Sequence record: NC_048079.1
DNA from: Escherichia phage C5
DNA length: 39,551 nucleotides
Direction: 5' to 3' (one strand)
Position numbers and translations under genes: made by a program. The notes under the pieces were generated by a model, which was not told the origin of the DNA, did no database searches, and saw only the letters and a program-made list of their open reading frames with translations. Of this stretch, positions 18,137-27,615 are shown piece by piece (the stretch's first letter is position 1; every line of letters begins with the position of its first letter).

Positions 18137-18403
18137 ATGTGTTTCTCACCGAAAATTAAAACTCCGAAGATGGATACCAATCAGATTCGAGCCGTTGAGC
18201 CAGCGCCTCTGACCCAAGAAGTGTCAAGCGTGGAGTTCGGTGGGTCTTCTGATGAGACGGATACCGAAGGCACCGAAGTGTCTGGACGCAAAGACCTCAA
18301 GGTCGAACGCGATGATTCCGTAGCGAAGTCTAAAGCCAGCGGCAATGGCTCCGCTCGTATGAAATCTTCCATCCGTAAGTCCGCATTTGGAGGTAAGAAG
18401 TGA
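18137..18403 (+). CDS. 6.7: Gene 6.7 small virion protein
   Basis: 88 aa MCFSPKIKTPKMDTNQIRAVEPAPLTQEVSSVEFGGSSDETDTEGTEVSGRKDLKVERDDSVAKSKASGNGSARMKSSIRKSAFGGKK; RBS ggagga. Confidence 0.85.
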   Translation: MCFSPKIKTPKMDTNQIRAVEPAPLTQEVSSVEFGGSSDETDTEGTEVSGRKDLKVERDDSVAKSKASGNGSARMKSSIRKSAFGGKK

Positions 18404-18804
18404 TGCCTGAGTTCACATGTGTGGAGGCCAAGAGTCGCTTCCGTGCAGTCCGGTGGACCGTAGAGCACCTCGGGTTGCCTAAAGGATTCGAAGGACACTT
18501 TGTGGGCTACAGCCTCTACGTAGACGAAGTAATGGACATGTCTGGTTGCCGTGAAGAGTACATTCTGGACTCTACCGGAAAACATGTAGCGTACTTCGCG
18601 TGGTGCGTAAGCTGTGACATTCACCACAAAGGAGACATTCTGGATATAACGTCCGTTGTTATTAATCCTGAGGCAGACTCTAAGGGCTTACAGCGATTCC
18701 TAGCGAAACGTTTTAAGTACCTTGCAGAACTCCACGATTGCGATTGGGTGTCCCGCTGTAAACACGAAGGCGAGACAATGCGTGTATACTTTAAGGAGGT
18801 ATAA
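18403..18804 (+). CDS. 7: Gene 7
   Basis: 133 aa MPEFTCVEAKSRFRAVRWTVEHLGLPKGFEGHFVGYSLYVDEVMDMSGCREEYILDSTGKHVAYFAWCVSCDIHHKGDILDITSVV... Confidence 0.85.
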   Translation: MPEFTCVEAKSRFRAVRWTVEHLGLPKGFEGHFVGYSLYVDEVMDMSGCREEYILDSTGKHVAYFAWCVSCDIHHKGDILDITSVVINPEADSKGLQRFLAKRFKYLAELHDCDWVSRCKHEGETMRVYFKEV

Positions 18805-18807
18805 GTT

Positions 18808-19119
18808 ATGGGTAAGAAAATTAAGAAGGCCGTGAAGAAAGTAACTAAGTCCGTTAAGAAAGTCGTTAAGGAAGTGGCTCGTCCGGTTAAACAGGTTGCT
18901 GGTGGTCTGGCTGGTCTGGCTGGCGGTGCTGGTGAAGCACAAGTAGTGGAAGTACCACAAGCTGCCGCAACTCCTGCTGCACAGATTGTTGACGTACCTG
19001 AGAAAGAGGTTTCCACTGAGGACGAAGCACAGACCGAAAGCGGACGTAAGAAAGCTCGTGCTGGAGGTAAGAAGTCCTTGAGTGTTGCCCGTAGCTCCGG
19101 TGGCGGAATCAACATTTAA
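18808..19119 (+). CDS. 7.3: Gene 7.3 virion protein
   Basis: 103 aa MGKKIKKAVKKVTKSVKKVVKEVARPVKQVAGGLAGLAGGAGEAQ...; lysine-rich N-terminus; RBS aaggaggt. Confidence 0.85.
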   Translation: MGKKIKKAVKKVTKSVKKVVKEVARPVKQVAGGLAGLAGGAGEAQVVEVPQAAATPAAQIVDVPEKEVSTEDEAQTESGRKKARAGGKKSLSVARSSGGGINI

Positions 19120-19133
19120 TCAGGAGGTGACAC

Positions 19134-19526
19134 ATGGAGAATTGCATCGAGTGGACTAAAGGTACTAACCAGAAGGGTTACGGTAGGAAGTGGGTTGACG
19201 GTAAGTTGGTTTCGGCTCATCGCCACGCCTATGAAGAAGTACACGGTCCTATTCCAGATGGTCTTGTAGTGATGCACCTCTGTGACAATCCTAGATGTTA
19301 TAACGTGGAGCACTTGACTCTTGGGACTCATGCAGACAACTCAGATGACAAGGTGCGTAAAGGTAGACAAGCAAAAGGTGAAACTCTAAGTAAGAAACTT
19401 ACTGAGACAGATGTTTTGACCATTCGCACCTTAAACCTACCACATGCTGAGATAGCCAAGATATACGGTGTTAGTCAATCCACCATAACTCGCATAATTA
19501 GACGCGACACATGGAGGCATATCTAA
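19134..19526 (+). CDS. 7.7: Gene 7.7 HNH homing endonuclease-like protein
   Basis: 130 aa MENCIEWTKGTNQKGYGRKWVDGKLVSAHRHAYEEVHGPIPDGLVVMHLCDNPRCYNVEHLTLGTHADNSDDKVRKGRQAKGE...; HNH motif HLCDNPRCYNVEHL; same family as the 12580-12999 protein. Confidence 0.9.
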   Translation: MENCIEWTKGTNQKGYGRKWVDGKLVSAHRHAYEEVHGPIPDGLVVMHLCDNPRCYNVEHLTLGTHADNSDDKVRKGRQAKGETLSKKLTETDVLTIRTLNLPHAEIAKIYGVSQSTITRIIRRDTWRHI

Positions 19527-21136
19527 TGGCTGAGAAACGAACAGGACTTGCGGAGGATGGCGCAAAGTCTGTCTATGAGCGTTTAAAGAACGACCGTGCG
19601 CCTTATGAGACGCGTGCCCAGAATTGCGCTCAATACACCATCCCATCATTGTTCCCTAAGGACTCCGATAACGCCTCTACAGACTACACAACGCCGTGGC
19701 AAGCTGTGGGTGCTCGTGGTCTAAACAATCTAGCATCTAAGCTCATGCTGGCTCTGTTCCCGATGCAGACTTGGATGCGACTTACTATATCTGAATATGA
19801 AGCAAAGCAGCTACTGAGCGACCCCGATGGACTCGCTAAGGTTGATGAGGGCCTCTCAATGGTAGAGCGCATCATCATGAACTACATTGAGTCTAACAGC
19901 TACCGAGTGACTCTCTTTGAGGCTCTCAAGCAGTTAGTCGTTGCTGGTAACGTCCTGCTGTACCTACCGGAACCAGAAGGGTCAAATTACAATCCCATGA
20001 AGCTGTATCGTTTGTCTTCTTATGTGGTCCAACGAGACGCATTCGGCAACGTTCTGCAAATGGTGACCCGTGACCAGATAGCTTTTGGCGCACTCCCTGA
20101 GGACATCCGTAAGGCTGTAGAAGGTCAAGGTGGTGAGAAGAAAGCCGATGAGACCATCGACGTGTACACTCACATCTATCTGGATGAGGACTCTGGTGAG
20201 TATATCCGATACGAAGAGGTAGAGGGCATGGAAGTACAAGGCTCCGATGGGACTTACCCTAAAGAGGCTTGCCCATACATCCCGATTCGTATGGTTCGAT
20301 TGGACGGAGAATCCTACGGTCGTTCGTACATTGAGGAGTACTTAGGAGACTTACGGTCCCTTGAGAATCTCCAAGAGGCCATCGTTAAGATGTCAATGAT
20401 TAGCTCTAAGGTTATCGGCTTAGTGAATCCTGCTGGTATCACCCAGCCACGCCGACTGACCAAAGCTCAGACTGGTGACTTCGTTACTGGTCGTCCAGAA
20501 GACATCTCGTTCCTTCAATTGGAGAAGCAGGCAGACTTTACTGTGGCGAAGGCCGTCAGTGACGCTATCGAGGCTCGCCTTTCGTTTGCCTTTATGTTGA
20601 ACTCTGCTGTTCAGCGAACTGGTGAACGTGTGACCGCCGAAGAGATTCGGTACGTTGCGTCAGAACTTGAAGACACTTTGGGTGGTGTATACTCAATCCT
20701 TTCTCAAGAATTACAATTGCCTCTGGTACGAGTGCTCTTGAAGCAACTACAAGCCACGCAACAGATTCCTGAGTTACCTAAGGAAGCCGTAGAGCCAACC
20801 ATTAGTACAGGTCTGGAAGCAATCGGTCGTGGTCAAGACCTCGATAAGCTGGAGCGTTGTGTCACTGCGTGGGCTGCTCTAGCTCCTATGCGCGATGACC
20901 CTGACATCAACCTTGCAATGATTAAGTTGCGCATTGCGAACGCTATTGGCATTGACACTTCTGGTATCCTTCTTACCGAAGAACAGAAGCAACAGAAGAT
21001 GGCTCAACAGTCTATGCAAATGGGTATGGATAATGGTGCTGCTGCGCTGGCTCAAGGTATGGCTGCACAGGCTACAGCTTCACCTGAGGCTATGGTTGCT
21101 GCCGCTGATTCCGTAGGTTTACAGCCGGGAATTTAA
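19526..21136 (+). CDS. 8: Gene 8 portal (head-tail connector) protein
   Basis: 536 aa MAEKRTGLAEDGAKSVYERLKNDRAPYETRAQNCAQYTIPSLFPKDSDNASTDYTTPWQAVGARGLNNLASKLMLALFPMQTWMRL...; near-identical to T7 gp8. Confidence 0.97.
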   Translation: MAEKRTGLAEDGAKSVYERLKNDRAPYETRAQNCAQYTIPSLFPKDSDNASTDYTTPWQAVGARGLNNLASKLMLALFPMQTWMRLTISEYEAKQLLSDPDGLAKVDEGLSMVERIIMNYIESNSYRVTLFEALKQLVVAGNVLLYLPEPEGSNYNPMKLYRLSSYVVQRDAFGNVLQMVTRDQIAFGALPEDIRKAVEGQGGEKKADETIDVYTHIYLDEDSGEYIRYEEVEGMEVQGSDGTYPKEACPYIPIRMVRLDGESYGRSYIEEYLGDLRSLENLQEAIVKMSMISSKVIGLVNPAGITQPRRLTKAQTGDFVTGRPEDISFLQLEKQADFTVAKAVSDAIEARLSFAFMLNSAVQRTGERVTAEEIRYVASELEDTLGGVYSILSQELQLPLVRVLLKQLQATQQIPELPKEAVEPTISTGLEAIGRGQDLDKLERCVTAWAALAPMRDDPDINLAMIKLRIANAIGIDTSGILLTEEQKQQKMAQQSMQMGMDNGAAALAQGMAAQATASPEAMVAAADSVGLQPGI

Positions 21137-21156
21137 TACGACTCACTATAGGGAGA
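21134..21156 (+). promoter_or_regulatory. T7 RNAP promoter phi9
   Basis: taatacgactcactatagggaga (perfect consensus); overlaps the gene 8 stop codon. Confidence 0.9.
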
Positions 21157-21235
21157 CCTCATCTTTGAAATGAGCGATGACAAGAGGTTGGAGTCCTCGG
21201 CCTTCCTATAGTTTAACTTTAAGGAGACAATAATA

Positions 21236-22159
21236 ATGGCTGAATCTAATGCAGACGTATATGCATCTTTTGGCGTGAACTCCGCTGTGATGTCTGGTGG
21301 TTCCGTTGAGGAATATGAGCAGAACATGCTGGCTCTTGATGTTGCTGCCCGTGATGGCGATGATGCAATCGAGTTAGCGTCCGACGAAGTGGAAACAGAA
21401 CGTGACCTGTATGACAACTCTGACCCATTCGGTCAAGAGGACGATGAGGGCCGCATTCAGGTTCGTATTGGTGATGGCTCTGAGCCGACCGATGTGGACA
21501 CTGGAGAAGAAGTCGCTGAGGGCACCGAAGGTTCCGAAGAGTTTACCCCACTGGGTGAGACTCCAGAAGAACTGGTGGCTGCCTCTGAGCAACTTGGCGA
21601 GCACGAAGAGGGCTTCCAAGAGATGATTAATATTGCTGCCGAGCGTGGCATGAGCGTCGATACCATTGAGGCTATCCAGCGTGAGTACGAGGAGAACGAA
21701 GAGTTGTCCGCTGAGTCCTACGCTAAGCTGGCTGAAATTGGGTACACTAAGGCTTTCATTGACTCGTACATTCGTGGTCAAGAGGCTCTGGTGGAGCAGT
21801 ACGTAAACAGTGTCATTGAGTACGCTGGTGGTCGTGAACGTTTTGACGCACTGTATAAGCACCTTGAGACGCACAATCCTGAGGCTGCACAGTCGCTGGA
21901 CAATGCGTTGACCAATCGTGACTTAGCGACCGTTAAGGCTATCATCAACTTGGCTGGTGAGTCTCGCGCTAAGGCGTTCGGTCGTAAGCCAACTCGTAGT
22001 GTGACTAATCGTGCTATTCCGGCTAAACCTCAGGCTACCAAGCGTGAAGGCTTTGCGGACCGTAGCGAGATGATTAAAGCTATGAGCGACCCTCGGTATC
22101 GCACAGATGCCAACTATCGTCGTCAAGTCGAACAGAAAGTAATCGATTCGAACTTCTGA
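21236..22159 (+). CDS. 9: Gene 9 capsid assembly (scaffolding) protein
   Basis: 307 aa MAESNADVYASFGVNSAVMSGGSVEEYEQNMLALDVAARDGDDAIELASDEVETERDLYDNSDPFGQEDDEGRIQ...; acidic; matches T7 gp9. Confidence 0.95.
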   Translation: MAESNADVYASFGVNSAVMSGGSVEEYEQNMLALDVAARDGDDAIELASDEVETERDLYDNSDPFGQEDDEGRIQVRIGDGSEPTDVDTGEEVAEGTEGSEEFTPLGETPEELVAASEQLGEHEEGFQEMINIAAERGMSVDTIEAIQREYEENEELSAESYAKLAEIGYTKAFIDSYIRGQEALVEQYVNSVIEYAGGRERFDALYKHLETHNPEAAQSLDNALTNRDLATVKAIINLAGESRAKAFGRKPTRSVTNRAIPAKPQATKREGFADRSEMIKAMSDPRYRTDANYRRQVEQKVIDSNF

Positions 22160-22172
22160 TAGACTCTGAAAT

Positions 22173-22195
22173 TAATACGACTCACTATAGGGAGA
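22173..22195 (+). promoter_or_regulatory. T7 RNAP promoter phi10
   Basis: taatacgactcactatagggaga, followed by the strong leader tttaactttcttaagaaggagacatacatatg. Confidence 0.92.
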
Positions 22196-22257
22196 CCACA
22201 GCGGTTTCCCTCTAGAAATCATTCTTTGTTTAACTTTCTTAAGAAGGAGACATACAT

Positions 22258-23289
22258 ATGGCTAACATGACTGGTGGACAGCAACTGGGTACTAACCAAG
22301 GTAAAGGTCAAAGTGCTGGTGATAAACTGGCGTTGTTCTTGAAGGTATTTGGCGGTGAAGTTCTGACTGCATTCGCTCGTACCTCTGTGACCACTTCTCG
22401 CCACATGGTCCGTTCCATCTCCAGCGGTAAATCCGCTCAGTTCCCTGTTCTGGGTCGAACTCAGGCAGCGTATCTGGCTCCGGGTGAGAACCTCGATGAT
22501 AAACGTAAAGACATCAAACACACCGAGAAGACCATCACCATTGATGGCCTCCTGACGGCAGACGTTCTGATTTACGATATTGAGGATGCGATGAACCACT
22601 ATGACGTTCGCTCTGAGTATACCTCTCAGTTGGGTGAGTCTCTGGCGATGGCTGCGGATGGTGCGGTTCTGGCTGAGATTGCTGGCCTGTGTAACTTGGC
22701 GAGCACCTATAACGAGAACATCGAGGGCTTAGGTACTGCTACCGTAATTGAGACCACTCAGTTAAAATCTGCACTTACCGACCAAGTTGCGCTGGGTAAG
22801 GAGATTATTGCAGCACTGACCAAGGCTCGTGCGGCTCTGACCAAGAACTACGTTCCGGCTGCTGACCGTGTGTTCTACTGCGACCCAGATAGCTACTCTG
22901 CGATTCTGGCAGCACTGATGCCGAACGCGGCAAACTACGCTGCGCTGATTGACCCTGAGAAGGGTTCTATCCGTAACGTTATGGGCTTTGAGGTTGTAGA
23001 GGTTCCTCACCTCACTGCTGGTGGCGCTGGCACCTCGCGCGAGGATACTTCCGGTCAGAAGCACGCCTTCCCTACCACTAAGAGCGGTAATGACAAGGTA
23101 GCTAAGGACAACGTTATCGGCCTGTTCATGCACCGCTCTGCGGTAGGTACCGTTAAGCTGCGTGACTTGGCTCTGGAGCGCGCTCGCCGTGCTAACTTCC
23201 AAGCAGACCAGATTATCGCTAAGTACGCAATGGGCCACGGTGGTCTGCGCCCAGAAGCTGCTGGTGCAGTGGTTTTCAAGACGGAGTAA
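22258..23289 (+). CDS. 10: Gene 10A major capsid protein
   Basis: 343 aa MANMTGGQQLGTNQGKGQSAGDKLALFLKVFGGEVLTAFARTSVTTSRHMVRSISSGKSAQFPVLGRTQAAYLAPGENLDDKRKD... Confidence 0.98.
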   Translation: MANMTGGQQLGTNQGKGQSAGDKLALFLKVFGGEVLTAFARTSVTTSRHMVRSISSGKSAQFPVLGRTQAAYLAPGENLDDKRKDIKHTEKTITIDGLLTADVLIYDIEDAMNHYDVRSEYTSQLGESLAMAADGAVLAEIAGLCNLASTYNENIEGLGTATVIETTQLKSALTDQVALGKEIIAALTKARAALTKNYVPAADRVFYCDPDSYSAILAALMPNAANYAALIDPEKGSIRNVMGFEVVEVPHLTAGGAGTSREDTSGQKHAFPTTKSGNDKVAKDNVIGLFMHRSAVGTVKLRDLALERARRANFQADQIIAKYAMGHGGLRPEAAGAVVFKTE

Positions 23290-23447
23290 TGCTGGGAGTG
23301 GCCTCAACGGTCGCTGCTAGTCCCGAAGAGGTGAGTGTTACTTCAACCGAAGAAACCTTAACGCCAGCACAGAAGGCTGCACGCACCCGCGCTGCTAACA
23401 AGGCCCGAAAGGAAGCTGAGTTGGCCGCTGCCACCGCTGAGCAATAA
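22258..23447 (+). CDS. 10: Gene 10B minor capsid protein, made by -1 frameshift near the end of 10A
   Basis: The -1 frame opens at G GTT TTC (23272-23277) and encodes QDGVMLGVASTVAASPEEVSVTSTEETLTPAQKAARTRAANKARKEAELAAATAEQ, ending at TAA 23445-23447 just before Tphi; same architecture as T7 10B. Confidence 0.65.
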
Positions 23448-23495
23448 CTAGCATAACCCCTTGGGGCCTCTAAACGGGTCTTGAGGGGTTTTTTG
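23448..23495 (+). terminator. Late terminator Tphi
   Basis: ctagcataaccccttggggcctctaaacgggtcttgaggggttttttg; the classic T7 terminator hairpin plus U-run. Confidence 0.92.
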
Positions 23496-23514
23496 CTTTA
23501 ATGGGAGGAACTAT

Positions 23515-24105
23515 ATGCGCTCATATGATATGAACGTTGAGACTGCCGCTGAGTTATCCGCTGTGAACGACATTCTGGCATCTATCGGAGAACCTCCGGT
23601 ATCAACGCTGGAAGGTGACTCTAACGCAGACGTAGCGAACGCTCGGCGTATTCTCAACAAGATTAACCGACAGATTCAATCTCGCGGATGGACGTTCAAC
23701 ATTGAGGAGGGCATAACGCTATTACCCGATGTTTACTCCAACCTGATTGTATACAGTGATGATTATCTGTCCCTAATGGCTACATCCGGTCAATCCATCT
23801 ACGTTAACCGAGGTGGATATGTGTATGACCGAACGAGTCAATCAGACCGCTTTGACTCTGGCATTACCGTGAACATTATTCGTCTCCGAGACTACGATGA
23901 GATGCCTGAGTGCTTCCGTTACTGGATTGTCACCAAGGCTTCCCGTCAGTTCAACAACCGATTCTTTGGGGCACCAGAAGTAGAGGGTGTACTCCAAGAA
24001 GAGGAAGATGAGGCTAGACGTCTCTGTATGGAGTACGAAGTGGACTACGGTGGGTACAATATGCTGGACGGTGACGCGTTCACTTCTGGTCTACTGACTC
24101 GCTGA
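23515..24105 (+). CDS. 11: Gene 11 tail tubular protein A
   Basis: 196 aa [66 protein letters not shown]... Confidence 0.95.
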   Translation: MRSYDMNVETAAELSAVNDILASIGEPPVSTLEGDSNADVANARRILNKINRQIQSRGWTFNIEEGITLLPDVYSNLIVYSDDYLSLMATSGQSIYVNRGGYVYDRTSQSDRFDSGITVNIIRLRDYDEMPECFRYWIVTKASRQFNNRFFGAPEVEGVLQEEEDEARRLCMEYEVDYGGYNMLDGDAFTSGLLTR

Positions 24106-24126
24106 TTAATCAATAAGGAGGCTCTA

Positions 24127-26517
24127 ATGGCACTCATTAGCCAATCAATCAAGAACTTGAAGGGTGGTATCAGTCAACAGCCTGACATCCTTCGTTATCC
24201 CGACCAAGGGTCACGCCAAGTTAACGGTTGGTCTTCGGAGACCGAGGGCCTCCAAAAGCGTCCACCTATGGTTTTTCTCAAGACGCTGGGAGGAAGTGGT
24301 GACTTGGGACAAGCACCTTTAATTCACCTGATAAACCGTGATGAGTACGAGCGGTACTACGCAGTGTTTACCGGAAGTACCATCCGAGTTTTTGATTTAG
24401 CTGGTAACGAGAAACAAGTGCGTTTCCCTTCAGGGGCAGCGTATGTACAGACAGCTAACCCAAGGAATGACCTTAGGATGGTAACAGTTGCAGACTACAC
24501 GTTTGTCGTTAACAGAAACGTCACAGTAACCGAGTCAACCGAAATTTCAACTGGTGGTAACTTTCGGGATAAAGGTGACGCTCTGATTAACGTGCGAGGT
24601 GGTCAATATGGAAGAACATTGAAGGTTCTGATTAATGGTACAGTATATGCATCATACACAATCCCCAACGGGTCCGCTCCAGAACACGTCAATAACACAG
24701 ATGCTCAATGGCTTGCTAACGAGTTGGCTAAAAATCTTAGGAACACCCTAGGACCCCACGGGTGGACATTCAACGTTGGTCAAGGGTTCATTCATGTGAT
24801 AGCTCCTGCCAACGGCGAGATAGTCAACATATCAACCGAGGATGGATACGCAGACCAGCTAATTAACCCCGTCACGCACTACGCTCAGTCGTTCTCTAAG
24901 TTGCCACCAAACGCTCCAGACGGCTACATGGTTAAGATTGTTGGAGATTCCTCAAAGTCCGCTGACCAGTATTACGTTCAGTATGATGCCAGTCGTAAGG
25001 TATGGAAGGAAGTTGTTGGGTGGAACACCAAGCTGCACTACACTCATGCTACGATGCCTCACGCTCTCATTAGGGCCTCTGATGGTAACTTTGAATTCCA
25101 GACCATCTCGTGGAACCCTAGGGTGTGCGGTGATGCTGATACTAACCCGTATCCTTCATTCGTAGGCTCTACGATTAATGATGTCTTCTTCTTCCGTAAC
25201 CGTTTAGGATTCCTTAGCGGAGAGAATATCATATTGAGTCGTACTGCAAAATACTTCAACTTCTTCCCAGCGTCGGTTGCTAACCTAAGTGATGATGACC
25301 CTATCGACGTAGCTGTGAGTACCAACCGAATCGCAATCCTTAAGTACGCCGTTCCGTTCTCAGAAGAGTTACTCATCTGGTCCGACGAAGCACAGTTCGT
25401 TCTTACAGCGTCAGGCACCCTTACATCAAAGTCAGTTGAGTTGAACCTAACGACTCAGTTTGACGTACAGGACCGAGCGAGACCTTTTGGGATTGGACGA
25501 AATGTCTACTTTGCTAGTCCGAGGTCCAGCTTCACGTCCATCCACAGATACTATGCTGTGCAGGACGTAAGTTCCGTTAAGAACGCTGAGGACATTACAG
25601 CACACGTTCCTAACTACATTCCAAATGGTGTGTTTAGTATTTGTGGTAGTGGTACCGAAAACTTCTGTTCTGTACTATCTCACGGGGACCCTAGCAAAAT
25701 CTTCATGTACAAATTCCTGTACCTTAACGAAGAGCTAAGGCAACAGTCGTGGTCTCACTGGGACTTTGGGGCAAACGTGCAGGTTTTGGCATGTCAGAGC
25801 ATCAACTCAGATATGTTCATTATTCTACGTAACGAGTTCAATACGTTCCTTGCGAGAGTTTCCTTTACGAAGAACGCCATTGACTTACAGGGAGAACCAT
25901 ATCGGGCCTTTATGGATATGAAGATTCGCTACACGATTCCAAGCGGAACGTACAACGATGACACCTACGAAACTTCCATTCACATACCAACCATTTATGG
26001 TGCTAACTTCGGGAGGGGCAAAATCACTGTATTGGAGCCTGATGGTAAGATAACCGTATTTGAGCAACCAACTGCTGGGTGGAACAATGACCCATGGCTG
26101 AGGCTTAGTGGTAACTTAGAGGGACGAACGGTATACATTGGGTTCAATATTAACTTCGTCTATGAGTTCTCTAAGTTTCTCATCAAGCAGACTGCCGACG
26201 ATGGGTCAACCTCAACGGAAGACATTGGTCGCTTGCAGTTACGCCGAGCGTGGGTTAACTATGAGGAGTCTGGTACGTTTGACATTTATGTTGAGAACCA
26301 ATCATCCAACTGGAAGTATACGATGGCTGGTGCTCGCTTAGGCTCTAACACTCTGAGGGCTGGGAGATTGAACTTAGGGACAGGACAATACCGATTCCCT
26401 GTGGTTGGTAACGCCAAGTTCAATACCGTGTCTATCTTGTCTGACGAGACTACCCCGCTGAACATCATTGGGTGTGGCTGGGAAGGTAACTACTTACGGA
26501 GAAGTTCCGGTATTTAA
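24127..26517 (+). CDS. 12: Gene 12 tail tubular protein B
   Basis: 796 aa MALISQSIKNLKGGISQQPDILRYPDQGSRQVNGWSSETEGLQKRPPMVFL... Confidence 0.97.
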   Translation: MALISQSIKNLKGGISQQPDILRYPDQGSRQVNGWSSETEGLQKRPPMVFLKTLGGSGDLGQAPLIHLINRDEYERYYAVFTGSTIRVFDLAGNEKQVRFPSGAAYVQTANPRNDLRMVTVADYTFVVNRNVTVTESTEISTGGNFRDKGDALINVRGGQYGRTLKVLINGTVYASYTIPNGSAPEHVNNTDAQWLANELAKNLRNTLGPHGWTFNVGQGFIHVIAPANGEIVNISTEDGYADQLINPVTHYAQSFSKLPPNAPDGYMVKIVGDSSKSADQYYVQYDASRKVWKEVVGWNTKLHYTHATMPHALIRASDGNFEFQTISWNPRVCGDADTNPYPSFVGSTINDVFFFRNRLGFLSGENIILSRTAKYFNFFPASVANLSDDDPIDVAVSTNRIAILKYAVPFSEELLIWSDEAQFVLTASGTLTSKSVELNLTTQFDVQDRARPFGIGRNVYFASPRSSFTSIHRYYAVQDVSSVKNAEDITAHVPNYIPNGVFSICGSGTENFCSVLSHGDPSKIFMYKFLYLNEELRQQSWSHWDFGANVQVLACQSINSDMFIILRNEFNTFLARVSFTKNAIDLQGEPYRAFMDMKIRYTIPSGTYNDDTYETSIHIPTIYGANFGRGKITVLEPDGKITVFEQPTAGWNNDPWLRLSGNLEGRTVYIGFNINFVYEFSKFLIKQTADDGSTSTEDIGRLQLRRAWVNYEESGTFDIYVENQSSNWKYTMAGARLGSNTLRAGRLNLGTGQYRFPVVGNAKFNTVSILSDETTPLNIIGCGWEGNYLRRSSGI

Positions 26518-26547
26518 TTAAGTGTTCTCCCTGTGGTGGTTCGAAAT

Positions 26548-26570
26548 TAATACGACTCACTATAGGGAGA
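26548..26570 (+). promoter_or_regulatory. T7 RNAP promoter phi13
   Basis: taatacgactcactatagggaga (perfect consensus). Confidence 0.9.
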
Positions 26571-26597
26571 ACAATACGACTACGGGAGGGTTTTCTT

Positions 26598-27014
26598 ATG
26601 ATGACAATAAGACCTACTAAAAGTACAGACTTTGAGGTATTCACTCCGGCTCACCATGACATTCTTGAAGCTAAGGCTGCTGGTATTGAGCCGAGTTTCC
26701 CTGATGCTTCCGAGTGTGTCACGTTGAGCCTATATGGGTTCCCTCTAGCCATTGGTGGTAATTGTGGGGACCAGTGCTGGTTCGTTACGAGTGACCAAGT
26801 GTGGAGACTTAGTGGAAAGGCTAAGCGAGAGTTCCGTAAGTTAATCATGGAGTATCGCGATAAGATGCTTGAGAAGTATGATACTCTTTGGAATTACGTG
26901 TGGGTAGGCAATACGTCTCACATTCGTTTCCTCAAGACTATCGGTGCGGTATTTCATGAGGAGTACACACGCGATGGTCAATTTCAATTATTCACAATAA
27001 CGAAAGGAGGGTGA
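26598..27014 (+). CDS. 13: Gene 13 internal virion protein
   Basis: 138 aa MMTIRPTKSTDFEVFTPAHHDILEAKAAGIEPSFPDASECVTLSLYGFPLAIGGNCGDQCWFVTSDQVWRLSGKAKREFRKLIMEY... Confidence 0.93.
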   Translation: MMTIRPTKSTDFEVFTPAHHDILEAKAAGIEPSFPDASECVTLSLYGFPLAIGGNCGDQCWFVTSDQVWRLSGKAKREFRKLIMEYRDKMLEKYDTLWNYVWVGNTSHIRFLKTIGAVFHEEYTRDGQFQLFTITKGG

Positions 27015-27018
27015 TTAT

Positions 27019-27609
27019 ATGTGTTGGCCTGCTGCAATACCAATCGCACTAGCGGGTGCTCAGGCTATCGGTAGCCAGAACGCTCAAGCTAAAATGATAG
27101 CTTCGCAGACCGCCGCTGGTCGTCGTCAAGCAATTGAACTTATGAAGCAGACGAACATCCAGAATGCTGACCTATCGTTGCAAGCTCGAAGTAAACTTGA
27201 GGAAGCGTCCGCTGAGTTGACCTCGCAGAACATGCAGAAGGTCCAAGCTATGGGGTCTATCCGAGCGGCTATCGGAGAAAGTATGCTTGAAGGTTCCTCA
27301 ATGGACCGAATTAAGCGAGTTACCGAGGGACAGTTCATTCGGGAAGCCAATATGGTAACTGAGAACTACCGCCGTGACTACCAAGCAATCTTCGCACAGC
27401 AACTTGGTGGCACTCAAAGTGCTGCAAGTCAGATTGACGAAATCTACAAGGGCGAACAGAAACAGAAGAGTAAGCTACAGATGGTTCTTGACCCACTGGC
27501 TATCATGGGGTCATCTGCTGCTAGTGCTTATGCGTCTGGGGCGTTCGACTCTAAGCCAACCACTAAGGCACCTATTGTTGCCGCCAAAGGAACTAAGACG
27601 GGGAGGTAA
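27019..27609 (+). CDS. 14: Gene 14 internal virion protein B
   Basis: 196 aa MCWPAAIPIALAGAQAIGSQNAQAKMIASQTAAGRRQAIELMKQTNIQNADLSLQARSKLEEASAELTSQ... Confidence 0.95.
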   Translation: MCWPAAIPIALAGAQAIGSQNAQAKMIASQTAAGRRQAIELMKQTNIQNADLSLQARSKLEEASAELTSQNMQKVQAMGSIRAAIGESMLEGSSMDRIKRVTEGQFIREANMVTENYRRDYQAIFAQQLGGTQSAASQIDEIYKGEQKQKSKLQMVLDPLAIMGSSAASAYASGAFDSKPTTKAPIVAAKGTKTGR

Positions 27610-27615
27610 TATTAT

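Noticed and set aside
18621-19115. 164-aa minus-strand ORF across genes 7 and 7.3
   Set aside because: Antisense to two conserved + strand genes; Ala/Pro/Thr-rich low-complexity product; no promoter or RBS.
22762-23307. 181-aa minus-strand ORF inside the major capsid gene
   Set aside because: Antisense to gene 10A, the most highly expressed gene; no support.
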